Origin: Mariprofundaceae bacterium
Lineage (GTDB): Bacteria > Pseudomonadota > Zetaproteobacteria > Mariprofundales > Mariprofundaceae
NCBI GenBank assembly: GCA_032251395.1
Contig: JAVVEJ010000007.1
Location: forward strand, 3,662-67,661
Direction: 5' to 3'
DNA: 64,000 nt
The position numbers and the translations under genes were made by a program. This document shows positions 34,789 to 44,248 of the stretch, piece after piece. The number at the start of each line of letters is the position of its first letter. Positions within the stretch are counted from its first letter, which is position 1. The notes under the pieces are model-generated. The model did not search any database, was not told where the DNA came from, and was given only the letters and a program-made list of their open reading frames with translations.

Positions 34789-35853
34789 CTAACGCTTCTC
34801 CCGGCGCTTACGAACTGCCGCGGCAAAAATGCGCAGCAACTCAGCGCTGTCATCCCAGTTGATGCAGGCATCGGTAATGCTGGTTCCAAATTCGGGTTGC
34901 ACGCCCGGCTTCACATCCTGCCGCCCCGCATTGAGATGACTCTCGACCATGGTGCCGATAATCTTGCGGTTGCCGGATGCAATCTGGTCGGAGACATCCT
35001 TGCCCACCTCGATCTGAAGCTGGTGCTGCTTGCGACTGTTAGCGTGGCTGCAATCAATCATCACACCCGCCGCAACCCCTGCCTCCTCCAGTTTTTTCAC
35101 TGCCTCGGCAACACTGCCGGCATCGTAATTGGGCTTGCTGCCGCCTCGCAAAATCATATGGCAGTCCTCATTTCCACTCGTCGAGAAGATGGCGGAGTGC
35201 CCCTCCTTGGTCAGAGACAGAAAGTGGTGAGGATGTGCAGCCGCACGAATGGCATCGATAGCGATACCAAAACCACCGTCGGTACCATTCTTGAACCCGA
35301 CCGGGCAGGAGAGGCCCGATGCAAGCTCGCGATGTCCCTGGCTCTCTGTGGTGCGTGCGCCGATCGCGCCCCAGCTGACAAGATCGGCATAATACTGTGG
35401 CGTGATCAGATCAAGGAACTCCGTTCCTGCCGGCACACCCAGGTTATTGATCTCCAAAAGCAGCCTGCGCGCCAGGCGGATGCCCTTATTGATTTCAAAG
35501 GTTCCATCCAGGTTCGGATCATTAATCAGCCCCTTCCAGCCAACCGTTGTGCGCGGTTTTTCAAAATAGACCCGCATCACAATCAGCAGGTCATCGCCAA
35601 GCTCTTCACGCATCCTCTTTACACGGCGTGCATACTCAAGTGCGGCATCGGGATTATGGATCGAACAGGGCCCGATAATCACCAGCAGCCGATCATCCTC
35701 ACCGTGCAGAATCTGATGAATGGCGTGCCGGGCCTGGTAAATGGCTTCTGCAGCCTGTGCGCTCACCGGATATTCGGCATGCACCAGAGCGGGCGACACC
35801 ACCTCTTTGATACCGCAAATGCGCAGATCGTCTGTTTGATGTATTACGGACAT
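34789..35853 (-). CDS. aroG: 3-deoxy-7-phosphoheptulonate (DAHP) synthase, class I
   Basis: 354 aa, near-collinear with E. coli AroG as recalled (IGPCSIH, KPRTTVGWKGL, GARTTESQ). Isozyme/feedback specificity cannot be determined from the sequence. Confidence 0.9.
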   Translation of the reverse strand: MSVIHQTDDLRICGIKEVVSPALVHAEYPVSAQAAEAIYQARHAIHQILHGEDDRLLVIIGPCSIHNPDAALEYARRVKRMREELGDDLLIVMRVYFEKPRTTVGWKGLINDPNLDGTFEINKGIRLARRLLLEINNLGVPAGTEFLDLITPQYYADLVSWGAIGARTTESQGHRELASGLSCPVGFKNGTDGGFGIAIDAIRAAAHPHHFLSLTKEGHSAIFSTSGNEDCHMILRGGSKPNYDAGSVAEAVKKLEEAGVAAGVMIDCSHANSRKQHQLQIEVGKDVSDQIASGNRKIIGTMVESHLNAGRQDVKPGVQPEFGTSITDACINWDDSAELLRIFAAAVRKRREKR

Positions 35854-35973
35854 GGCTCCAGGTTTCCTTCCACCGTTTACTGTCAGAATTCAGTTGTGCG
35901 GGAGTATTACAGAAAACTGACGAAATATTTAGCCTGAATATCGGTTTTCTTCCCGAATCCGGAATTATAAAAT

Positions 35974-36350
35974 ACGGAGTGGTCCTGTAAGCCGGGTTCT
36001 GTTCTCCTGCCCGGAAGGCAGAAGCGGTAGCCATTCATCTAGGCCTGCAGTTGCCTGCAGGCTCAAGCAGCCTACCCGGAAGCAGCGTGGGCCACGCCTG
36101 ATGCTTCCCTATTTGGCCTTGCTACGAATGGGGTTTACCTCAGCTCCCGTCCGTTACCGCACGGGACGGTGCGCTCTTACCGCACCCTTTCACCCTCACC
36201 GGTTTTGTAACCGGCAGTCTATTCTCTGTAGCACTTTCCCGGGGTCGCCCCCACCGGACGTTATCCGGCATTCTGCCCTGTGTAGCCCGGACTTTCCTCG
36301 GCAGGAGTGTGCAAGCACAAACCTGACGCGGCTACCGCGGACCACTCCGC
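35974..36350 (-). ncRNA. rnpB: RNase P RNA, bacterial type A
   Basis: The minus strand contains GGAAAGTCCGGGC, AGGGTGAAAGGGTGCGGTAAGAGCGCACC, GCAAGGCCAAATAGGG, GGGTAGGCTGCTTGAGCC and ACAGAACCCGGCTTA. P1 pairing is GGAGTGGTCC (5') with GGACCACTCC (3'). Ends are approximate to a few nt. Confidence 0.88.
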
Positions 36351-36444
36351 AGCACGGATTTTACAGCAAATGTTCGCCAAAGACCAAGCTGGTGAAAATC
36401 GTGACGCTGTGTAAACGGCAGCATGGAAGTCAAACGGCTCATTA

Positions 36445-38391
36445 TCACTGCTGCAAAGGCTGGCGCGTCGCCTCTTCCAGCTCCTCGCTGGCGAGCATCC
36501 ACGCCTCCTCTGTGTCGCCCAGGGCCTTTTCCAGCTCTGCATGTTCAAGACCCAGCACCTGCAACCGCTCTCTGTTGCTGTCGTCATAGATCACCGGGTC
36601 GGCCAATGCTATGGTCAGCTCATCTTTTCGACTGAGGAGTTTTTCCAGCTCGGCTTCCAGCTTTTTTACTCTGTTGCGCAACGGTTGCTGCTGTCTGCTG
36701 CGTGCGGCCTCCAGCCGCCGAAGCTCTTTGTGATCCCGCTTTTCAGGCCTGTCATTCTCTGCCGCGCCAACACGCTCCTTGCGCTGCCCGGCCAGCCATC
36801 TGGAATAATCGTCCAGGTCACCGCCGAACGGCTCCACCGTGCCGCCTGCAACCAGCAGCAGACTGTCACAGGCAGTTCGCAGCAGGTGCCTATCATGGGA
36901 TACCAGCACCATGGCACCCTCAAATGCCTGCAGGGCCATGGTCAGGGCATGGCGCATATCGAGATCAAGGTGATTGGTCGGCTCATCCAGCAGCAGCAGA
37001 TTGGGCTTCCGGTAGATGAGCAGAGCCAGAACCAGCCGTGCCTTTTCACCACCGGAGAGGGGTGCAACCGGGTTGATGGCCATATCATCCCTGAATGCAA
37101 AACCGCCCAGATAATTGCGCAGCTCCCTGTCCCCTGCCGGCTGCACCGATAGGCTGTTCCCGGACAGTGTCGCATTCAGCATCTGCAGGTGCTGCAATGG
37201 TGAGAGCTCATCATGCAGCTGCTCCAGCTGATGCTGGGCAAAATAACCGATACGCAGCTCTTTGGCGCAATCACACGCCCCTTTTAACGGTGCAATCTCT
37301 CCGGCAAGCAGTTTGATCAGGGTCGATTTGCCGGCGCCGTTGGCACCGAGAAGGCCGATACGATCGCCGGGGAGCAGGCCCAGGTTGAGCTGTTGCAGAA
37401 TAACGTGATCGCCGGATCTGTCTCTGTAGCCGGCATCGGCCTTGTGCAGGCGCAGCAGCGGATTGGGGATATGTCCCGGATGCTCAAAGCTGAAATGAAA
37501 AGGTGAATCGACATGCGCCGCCGCAATCAGTTGCATACGCTCCAGCGCCCTGATGCGGCTCTGCGCCTGCCTGGCCTTGCTGGCCTTGGCACGAAAACGG
37601 TCGACGAACCTGGTCATGTGCGCAATTTCACGCTGCTGCTTATCATGGGCAGCCTGCTGCTGCGCCAGTTTTTCGGCACGAATCTTCTCAAACGCGGTGT
37701 AGTTGCCGGAGTAGAGGGTGATGCTTTCCTGTTCGATGTGGGCAATCGTGTCAACGCAACGATCCAGAAAGTCGCGATCATGGGAGATCAGCAGCAGTGC
37801 ACCCTGATAACGCCGCAGCCACTCCTCCAGCCAGATCACGGCATCAAGATCAAGATGGTTGGTCGGCTCATCCAGCAGCAGCAGGTCGGAGCGGCACATC
37901 AGCGCCTGCGCCAGATTTAGCCGCATACGCCAGCCGCCGGAAAAGCTTTCAACACTCTTGTTATTCTCATCGACAGCAAAGCCAAGCCCATGCATGAGGC
38001 GAGCGGCACGGGCGCGGGCAGCATAGCCATCGATCTCCTCCATGCGATGGTGCAGGTGCGCGATTTCAGTACCGTTTTCCTGCTGCTCGGCAGCGATGAG
38101 CTGTTGTTGAATGCTGTGCAGCTCCATATCGCCGCGCATGACATATTCGATGGCCGCTATCTGCTCCGTCGGCGTCTCCTGCGCCACATGGGCGATACTG
38201 GTGCGCGCTGCAATGCGAAGGCTGCCGCGATCCTCCTCCAGCTGCCCGCGGATCAGTGCAAAAAGGGAGGATTTGCCGCTGCCGTTGGCTCCGGTAATTC
38301 CAACCTTGTCACCCTGATGGATGGTAAAACTGACATGATCAAAAAGCAGACGTTTGCCACGGCGCAGGCAGAGCTTGTCGAAATAGAGCAT
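36445..38391 (-). CDS. ABC-F family ATPase (YheS/Uup-like)
   Basis: 648 aa from Met64 of ORF-track entry 36445..38580 (MLYFDKLCLRRGKRLLF). Two NBDs (GANGSGKSS, GANGAGKST), LSGG signatures and a C-terminal coiled coil. Confidence 0.85.
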   Translation of the reverse strand: MLYFDKLCLRRGKRLLFDHVSFTIHQGDKVGITGANGSGKSSLFALIRGQLEEDRGSLRIAARTSIAHVAQETPTEQIAAIEYVMRGDMELHSIQQQLIAAEQQENGTEIAHLHHRMEEIDGYAARARAARLMHGLGFAVDENNKSVESFSGGWRMRLNLAQALMCRSDLLLLDEPTNHLDLDAVIWLEEWLRRYQGALLLISHDRDFLDRCVDTIAHIEQESITLYSGNYTAFEKIRAEKLAQQQAAHDKQQREIAHMTRFVDRFRAKASKARQAQSRIRALERMQLIAAAHVDSPFHFSFEHPGHIPNPLLRLHKADAGYRDRSGDHVILQQLNLGLLPGDRIGLLGANGAGKSTLIKLLAGEIAPLKGACDCAKELRIGYFAQHQLEQLHDELSPLQHLQMLNATLSGNSLSVQPAGDRELRNYLGGFAFRDDMAINPVAPLSGGEKARLVLALLIYRKPNLLLLDEPTNHLDLDMRHALTMALQAFEGAMVLVSHDRHLLRTACDSLLLVAGGTVEPFGGDLDDYSRWLAGQRKERVGAAENDRPEKRDHKELRRLEAARSRQQQPLRNRVKKLEAELEKLLSRKDELTIALADPVIYDDSNRERLQVLGLEHAELEKALGDTEEAWMLASEELEEATRQPLQQ

Positions 38392-38598
38392 GCGGCATGC
38401 TATCTGTTTCGCCGGTGGACGGAACAGTCTCATCCTGTAAGTTACTGATGACGCTTCGGGCAACGGGGCAAGGTGGAGATCCGGGGAGAGCGAACGGAAG
38501 ATGTGCGGCCTGCTGTCTCTATCAACCGGTTGTGGTGCCCTTGCGTGGTAAGGAGAGGCACCGATACAGCCATGATTCACATCGTACAGCGACCACGC

Positions 38599-39720
38599 TT
38601 ATTTACCGAACAGACTCTTTATGCCGCCACCAATGCTTTCAACGGTACTGCCGACGGCACCGCCGATTTTGGAACCAACCGCCGCACCTGTCGGGCCTCC
38701 GATGGTTGCTCCAATGGTTCCGCCGATCAGGGATGATGGTGCAGGATAAATTCTGGGGCTCTCTGTTGTACCGCCCACCATCAGTTTGGCGCCGGAGAGT
38801 CCCTTCATGCCACTGGTATTGATCTCTCCATCCAGCTTGCCGGTTCCCATGATGTCGACATGGCCGCTGGCATTAAAGGCAGATGAGTTCAGCACAATAT
38901 CCTTCAGATAAATATCCTGCCCCCGCACCTGCAGCTCTGTTCTGAATTCATCAAACAGAATTGCACCGGAAGCGCCTGTAACGTTGCCATGCACGAGAGC
39001 TGCTGCCACGCCGGAAAGGCCAATACCCTCGAACTGGCCCCTGGTCATGTTGACCGGACCATTCACCTTCAGAGAACGTTGCATCGTCTTCTCGTCTGCA
39101 CCTCTGGCCGAGATGTTCAAGGTCGAGGCGAATGTTCCGGAGACCTTGTCCTGGCCTGCAGCATCTTTCATCAGTGGCAGCATCTGGATACCGGCAGCCT
39201 TGATCTCCGCTGTCAGGGTACGCTCCTTGCCCTCCAGAGGCGTCAGCCTGGCATTCAGCACAATGGAGCCATCATAGAGGCTCGCTTTCCAGTTCGGCAT
39301 CGTCAGCGTCTCTTCCGTCAATTTGATTGCGCCTGTTACCCGGTCGATGTGAACCGTACGGACATTTTTACCCCTGGCCTGCTCAGAGACTCTTAAGGCG
39401 ATATCCTTGAATGTAATGGCTGAAACCTCCGCGCGGCCGTCAAACAGCGGGGCAAACTCAACAGCCAGCGAGCCTGAGCCAACAGAGAGCTTTGGCCTGC
39501 CGCCCTTCACATCCTCTACGGTCAACTGTTCAATCGATAGCGACGGAACCGGTATCATGCTTACTGAAAGTGCCCCGATCTTAACCGGCATGCCTGCTGC
39601 TTTTGTCGCCTCCTCTTCCACCACCTGTCGAATCTGGTCGGCCGGAATAAGAAACGGGGTGGCAATGACAACCAGCAACAACATCCCTGCCAAAACCAGC
39701 AGATAACGAATGACCTTCAT
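38599..39720 (-). CDS. AsmA-like membrane-anchored protein with Gly-rich tail
   Basis: 373 aa from the ATG at 39720 (SD AGGAGG). N-terminal TM anchor MKVIRYLLVLAGMLLLVVI and a beta-rich body. C-terminal tail GGTIGATIGGPTGAAVGSKIGGAVGSTVESIGGGIKSLFGK. Confidence 0.5.
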   Translation of the reverse strand: MKVIRYLLVLAGMLLLVVIATPFLIPADQIRQVVEEEATKAAGMPVKIGALSVSMIPVPSLSIEQLTVEDVKGGRPKLSVGSGSLAVEFAPLFDGRAEVSAITFKDIALRVSEQARGKNVRTVHIDRVTGAIKLTEETLTMPNWKASLYDGSIVLNARLTPLEGKERTLTAEIKAAGIQMLPLMKDAAGQDKVSGTFASTLNISARGADEKTMQRSLKVNGPVNMTRGQFEGIGLSGVAAALVHGNVTGASGAILFDEFRTELQVRGQDIYLKDIVLNSSAFNASGHVDIMGTGKLDGEINTSGMKGLSGAKLMVGGTTESPRIYPAPSSLIGGTIGATIGGPTGAAVGSKIGGAVGSTVESIGGGIKSLFGK

Positions 39721-39739
39721 ATCAACCTCCTGAGCAGAG

Positions 39740-41008
39740 CTAAAACGCCTGGCGTGTACCCAGGTACAGACGCCACTTTTGAGTTGCAAAGCCGTAAGCC
39801 CCATCGACGCGAATCGTGCCATTCACCAGCCAGCGCAGTGTCCAGCGAACACCTCCGCCCACACCAGCCACAACCGGCCTGCCATAGGCACTTCTGCCAT
39901 CCCTGTTTATATGACCGGCATCAACAAAGGCAACCAGCTGAACATTACTGTTCAGCTCCCATGGATGGCGCCCCTCCAGTGTACCGTAGATGTAGGCATT
40001 GCCCTGCAGTTCGCCGGGGTAGTAGCCCCTTAAGCCATTCCGGCTTCCCACATCAAACAGGCCATCCCGGAGAATATTGCCGGTCAGCAACCCGGCATTC
40101 ACCCTGTAACTGAGGGTATTCTGCCTGCCCATGTCCAGATGCCTTCGCCATGAGAACGTCTGCCTGTAACTGTTAATGGCCGAGCCCAGAGCCCTGTGTG
40201 CCACCTCGAAGGAATAATCTATTTCACTGCCGGTCAGCCAGGTAATATGATCATCAATCAGCCGGTAGCTGGCTGAAATTGCGAGCGCCTGTCGCCGCAA
40301 TCCCCTTACATCCGGCAATAACGGGCCGCTTTTAAGCTGATAGGCGGTGCTGTTTGAGGAGAAGCCGAGACGAGCATCCCAACCTTCGCCGGGCACCGGC
40401 CCAAAGCCATAACTGACACCGGCTGACCAGCTTGTCTGTTCCAACAGATAGCTGCTGGTGACTACGCCGTTCTGATATGCATCAAAAACAGTGGTTCCAT
40501 TGTTGACGGAGAAATCCAGGCCGTAGTTTGTATCACTGATACGGCGCCAGTTATATGAGCCCTGATAGGAGGTTCCATTGTTTGCCGAGAAGTTTTTTCC
40601 GGTATCACGGCGTGTTGCCAGGCGCAGATTGTGGTGCAGGCCCCAGAGGTTATGTTCTGTCAATGTCAGCCCTGCGGAAGTAGCGCCACTATCGGAGCGG
40701 CTTCCCTCCGGCAGAAGCCACAGTGGCCATCTGTCATTAACACGAATGCGCACCACGCCACTGCTGTCAGGCGGTGTGATGACCGCCTCGCTGAACAACC
40801 CGAGATTTCTCAGCCGTCTGGAGGCGACCACTCCATATTCATCCTGCCACTCATCGCCTGTCTCAAACGGCAGCTCCCGCTCTACAGTCCGGGCATCAGA
40901 ATACTTTAAGCCATTGATTTCTATCTGTTTTATTTGATTTCCTGCCACGGCCACAGTTGGCAACAGCAGCAACATTACCGGCAGCAACCGCTGCATCATG
41001 GCCGCCAT
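39740..41008 (-). CDS. Omp85-family (BamA/TamA/ShlB-like) outer-membrane protein, single POTRA
   Basis: 422 aa with a signal peptide. One POTRA-like segment (IKQIEINGLKYSDARTVERELPF), a beta-barrel-like alternating pattern and a C-terminal ...LGTRQAF ending in Phe. Confidence 0.65.
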   Translation of the reverse strand: MAAMMQRLLPVMLLLLPTVAVAGNQIKQIEINGLKYSDARTVERELPFETGDEWQDEYGVVASRRLRNLGLFSEAVITPPDSSGVVRIRVNDRWPLWLLPEGSRSDSGATSAGLTLTEHNLWGLHHNLRLATRRDTGKNFSANNGTSYQGSYNWRRISDTNYGLDFSVNNGTTVFDAYQNGVVTSSYLLEQTSWSAGVSYGFGPVPGEGWDARLGFSSNSTAYQLKSGPLLPDVRGLRRQALAISASYRLIDDHITWLTGSEIDYSFEVAHRALGSAINSYRQTFSWRRHLDMGRQNTLSYRVNAGLLTGNILRDGLFDVGSRNGLRGYYPGELQGNAYIYGTLEGRHPWELNSNVQLVAFVDAGHINRDGRSAYGRPVVAGVGGGVRWTLRWLVNGTIRVDGAYGFATQKWRLYLGTRQAF

Positions 41009-42012
41009 AACCCCTGCTCACTGATAATGGCACGGATAAGATGGTTGGGAGTCACATCAAATGCGGGATTGTTCGCCTGCACGCCTGAGGCTGCAATGCG
41101 TACCAGATGTTCCTGATCATCACTGTCTACACCCTGGGCCATCAACACCTCGTTATCTGAGCGGTTCTCAATCGGAATCCCTGCGCCTGTTGGGCAATGC
41201 AGATCAAACGTGCTCTCCGGTGCCGCAACATAGAGCGGTACCCCATGCTCCCGGGCGGCCAGTGAAAGCATATATGTGCCTATCTTATTGGCGACATCGC
41301 CGTTGGCTGCAATGCGATCCGCACCAACCACAATCGCATCCACCCTGCCCTGCGCCATCATCCACGCAGCAGCACTGTCCGCCTGAATCCGGCAGGAGAC
41401 CCCCTCCTGCGATAGCTCCCATGCTGTAAGCCTTGCCCCCTGAAGGCGGGGCCTGGTCTCATCTACCAGCACAGACGGAGCCTCGCCTGCCCGGGCAAGA
41501 TGATAGATACCTGACAGCGCCGTTCCCCAGTCAACTGTCGCCAGCCAGCCGGCATTGCAATGCGTAAGGATACGCCGCTCCCCGACAGCCAGAACCTCTG
41601 CCAGGTGCTCTCCGATCTTTCTGCATCGTTCTACTTCAGCATCAGCATAAGCGCATGCTGCATCAACCACTGCCTGCTCTGTCGCCTCTACAGCCGCTGC
41701 CTCCATGGCATCACAGGCATGAAAGAGATTCACGGCTGTTGGCCGTGTCCGTCTGAAGCGGGGTAGCCAGTGTGATTCAAAATGCCTCCGGTCGGTAACA
41801 AATGCCAGCGCCAGGCCAAAAGCAGCCATGGCACCAATCGCCGGCGCCCCCCGTACCTCCATGCTCTCAATGGCACAGGCAACGGCTTCCGCATCCCGGC
41901 TATCTTTTAATCTGAAGCGATATGGCAACTGGCACTGATCAATCCACTGCAGATAGCCATCCACCCCTCCGTGCCAGCTTATGGCGCGGAACTGCTTCCC
42001 GTTTACTCTCAC
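40996..42012 (-). CDS. mtnA: S-methyl-5-thioribose-1-phosphate isomerase (eIF-2B alpha/beta/delta family)
   Basis: 338 aa with MEVRGAPAIGAMAAFGLALA and TVDWGTAL..., typical of MtnA. The start overlaps the parB stop. Confidence 0.75.
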   Translation of the reverse strand: MRVNGKQFRAISWHGGVDGYLQWIDQCQLPYRFRLKDSRDAEAVACAIESMEVRGAPAIGAMAAFGLALAFVTDRRHFESHWLPRFRRTRPTAVNLFHACDAMEAAAVEATEQAVVDAACAYADAEVERCRKIGEHLAEVLAVGERRILTHCNAGWLATVDWGTALSGIYHLARAGEAPSVLVDETRPRLQGARLTAWELSQEGVSCRIQADSAAAWMMAQGRVDAIVVGADRIAANGDVANKIGTYMLSLAAREHGVPLYVAAPESTFDLHCPTGAGIPIENRSDNEVLMAQGVDSDDQEHLVRIAASGVQANNPAFDVTPNHLIRAIISEQGLWRP

Positions 42013-42869
42013 AGGGGCCGTCTTAACCGCCTGAGGACGCCGTCAAGCTCTTCAGGCCGTGTATATGCGATTCTTAACTCTCCGGCACCGCTCTTCCTGC
42101 ACTGGAATGTAACGGGTAATCCCAGACTCCGGCTGAGCTCATCCTGCAGTGCTGCCACATCGGCATCTGTTTTACTGGCCACGCTCTTTTTTGATCCCTG
42201 CTGCGCGGCCTTTCTGGCCTCCCGCTCCATCTGGCGTGCGCTCCACTCATGCTCGATACAGTGCCGTGCCAGCTCAATGGCCCGGAGTCGCTCCAAGCCG
42301 ACGAGTGGACGGGCATGGCCCATATTCAGCTTTCTGTCCTCAATCATCTTCTGGATCACATCCGGCAGCTGCAGCAACCGGATCATGTTGCTCACCTGCA
42401 CACGGGAGACATCGATTCGCTCGGCGACCTGCTGCTGGGTGTAGGCAAACTCATTGATAAGGCGTTGATACGCCCGTGCAGATTCGATTGCCGTAAGATC
42501 ATCACGCTGCTCATTCTCGATAATGGCAAGCTCAAGCGCCTGCAGATCATTTACCTCACGAATAACTGCCGGAATCTTCAGCAGGCCTGCTGCCTGAGAT
42601 GCCCGCCAGCGCCGCTCTCCGGCAACCAGTTCATAGCCATCTCCGGAGGGCCGGACCAGAATCGGCATCAAGACCCCCTCCTTTCGAATGGAGTCGGTTA
42701 GCGACTTCAGCTCTTCCGGATCAAAATGTGTTCTTGGCTGATAGCTGTTGGGTTTTATCTTTGAAATCGATATGTTAGACGATTCATTCATCAGCTCTTC
42801 TGTTGGGGAGTCAGACAGAAGTGCATCCAGCCCACGCCCCAGACCGCGTTTTTTCATCGGTTTCTTCAT
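42009..42869 (-). CDS. parB: chromosome partitioning protein ParB
   Basis: 286 aa. GLGRGLDALL, the ParB box IPVRP-like ILVRP and IENEQRDDL. Confidence 0.9.
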   Translation of the reverse strand: MKKPMKKRGLGRGLDALLSDSPTEELMNESSNISISKIKPNSYQPRTHFDPEELKSLTDSIRKEGVLMPILVRPSGDGYELVAGERRWRASQAAGLLKIPAVIREVNDLQALELAIIENEQRDDLTAIESARAYQRLINEFAYTQQQVAERIDVSRVQVSNMIRLLQLPDVIQKMIEDRKLNMGHARPLVGLERLRAIELARHCIEHEWSARQMEREARKAAQQGSKKSVASKTDADVAALQDELSRSLGLPVTFQCRKSGAGELRIAYTRPEELDGVLRRLRRPL

Positions 42870-42879
42870 CTCTCTCTCC

Positions 42880-43674
42880 TTACACCGCCTGGCGTTGAAT
42901 CATCTCTTGCGCAACCTGAATATAGGCCTGTGCGCCTGTAGAGCGAATATCATGGTACATCGCCGGAACGCCAAAACTTGGCGCCTCCGACAAGCGGACG
43001 TTTCTGGGGATAATGTTCTGATAGACCTGATTACCGAAATAGGCCCTCACCTCACTCTCCACCTGCTGGGCCAGATTGTTTCTCCGGTCTACCATGGTCA
43101 GCAGAATGCCATCCATCGACAGCTCTCTGTTCAGGCCACCCCTTACCCGGCGAATTGTATCAATCAGCTGGGTCAGCCCTTCCATGGCATAAAACTCTGT
43201 CTGCAATGTGATCAGCACACGATCTGCGGCCGTTAATGCATTGAGTGTTAACAGGTTTAGTGCAGGCGGGCAGTCAATGATCACAAAATCAAACGGTTCA
43301 CCCTGATAGCTGGCAAACGCCTCTCGCAGAATCTGTTCACGCCCCGGCTCTGTTACCAGTTCAACCTCCGCACCGGCAAGGTCCATGCTCGCAGGCACCA
43401 GATAGAGCCCTTCGCAATCCGTTTCGATCAGCACCTCATCAATGCTGCTCTCCTGCATGAGAACGTCATACATGCCGCTCTCCACACCCTGTTTATCAAC
43501 ACCCAGGCCGGAAGTTGTATTACCCTGCGGATCCAGATCCAGCAGCAGCACGCGCCTGTCCAGTGCGGCCAGTGAGGCCGCCAGATTTATGCTTGTTGTT
43601 GTTTTGCCAACGCCGCCCTTCTGGTTGGCAATGGCGATAACCGGTCCAAAGTTCTTATGTTTCACGTGAAACAT
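42880..43674 (-). CDS. parA: chromosome partitioning ATPase ParA/Soj
   Basis: Deviant Walker A IANQKGGVGKTT. The start codon lies inside the parS palindrome (MFHVKHKNFGPVIAIANQ). ORF-track entry 42880..43752 is trimmed accordingly. Confidence 0.9.
   Translation of the reverse strand: MFHVKHKNFGPVIAIANQKGGVGKTTTSINLAASLAALDRRVLLLDLDPQGNTTSGLGVDKQGVESGMYDVLMQESSIDEVLIETDCEGLYLVPASMDLAGAEVELVTEPGREQILREAFASYQGEPFDFVIIDCPPALNLLTLNALTAADRVLITLQTEFYAMEGLTQLIDTIRRVRGGLNRELSMDGILLTMVDRRNNLAQQVESEVRAYFGNQVYQNIIPRNVRLSEAPSFGVPAMYHDIRSTGAQAYIQVAQEMIQRQAV
43658..43673. promoter_or_regulatory. parS centromere site
   Basis: TGTTTCACGTGAAACA is a perfect 16-bp palindrome matching the near-universal parS consensus tGTTNCACGTGAAACa. 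It extends to an 18-bp palindrome with the flanking A/T. Confidence 0.85.
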
Positions 43675-43702
43675 CCCCCTTTTATTGTGGTGGCCCCTGT
43701 AA

Positions 43703-44248
43703 TCATGCAGGACAACTGTAGCAGTGAATCTTCTGCGCATCACCTGCCTCAATGGTATGGCTCATATCAAAGCGCCACCCCTCTACCAAAGCAGGCTCGG
43801 CACTCTGTGGCACAGGAAGCACGGCAATCGCTCCCGGAGCCGTATGTCTGCCACACATTTTCAACAGCTCCGGAATATTGGTAACGGCCCTGGCCACACA
43901 GATGTTCACACCCAGATGTGGCAACGCATTGATGTCTGCATCGTAAATCTCCGCATTCAGTCGCAGAACCCGTACAAGGTGCCTGAGAAACTCCGCCCGT
44001 TTCTTCCTTCGTTCAACCAGCACACCCTGAAGAGCGGACCTGGCGATCAGCAGCGGTATGCCCGGAACGCCCATGCCACTTCCTATATCCAGCAGCCTGC
44101 CTGTTTCAGGCATCCAGCGGGCCAACGCAACCGACGGCTCAACAAAGCGTGCCATAAACTCTTTTTCGCTCTTGATCGAGGTAAGGTTCAGCGCCCTTCT
44201 GAAGCGAAGCACCTCGCTGCAGTATCTATCCAGAGCCTCTCTGCTCAT
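43703..44248 (-). CDS. rsmG: 16S rRNA (guanine527-N7)-methyltransferase
   Basis: 181 aa from Met40 of ORF-track entry 43703..44365. SAM motif [16 protein letters not shown]. It starts directly after the mnmG stop. Confidence 0.85.
   Translation of the reverse strand: MSREALDRYCSEVLRFRRALNLTSIKSEKEFMARFVEPSVALARWMPETGRLLDIGSGMGVPGIPLLIARSALQGVLVERRKKRAEFLRHLVRVLRLNAEIYDADINALPHLGVNICVARAVTNIPELLKMCGRHTAPGAIAVLPVPQSAEPALVEGWRFDMSHTIEAGDAQKIHCYSCPA

Noticed and set aside
34519-35937. 472-aa plus-strand ORF
   Set aside because: It is entirely antisense to the well-supported DAHP synthase gene (34789..35853), has a low-complexity Arg/Gly/Ala/His-rich composition and contains no recognisable motif. 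It is a shadow ORF.
36101-36589. 162-aa plus-strand ORF
   Set aside because: It overlaps the RNase P RNA gene (antisense) and the end of the ABC-F gene. It is explained by the ncRNA.
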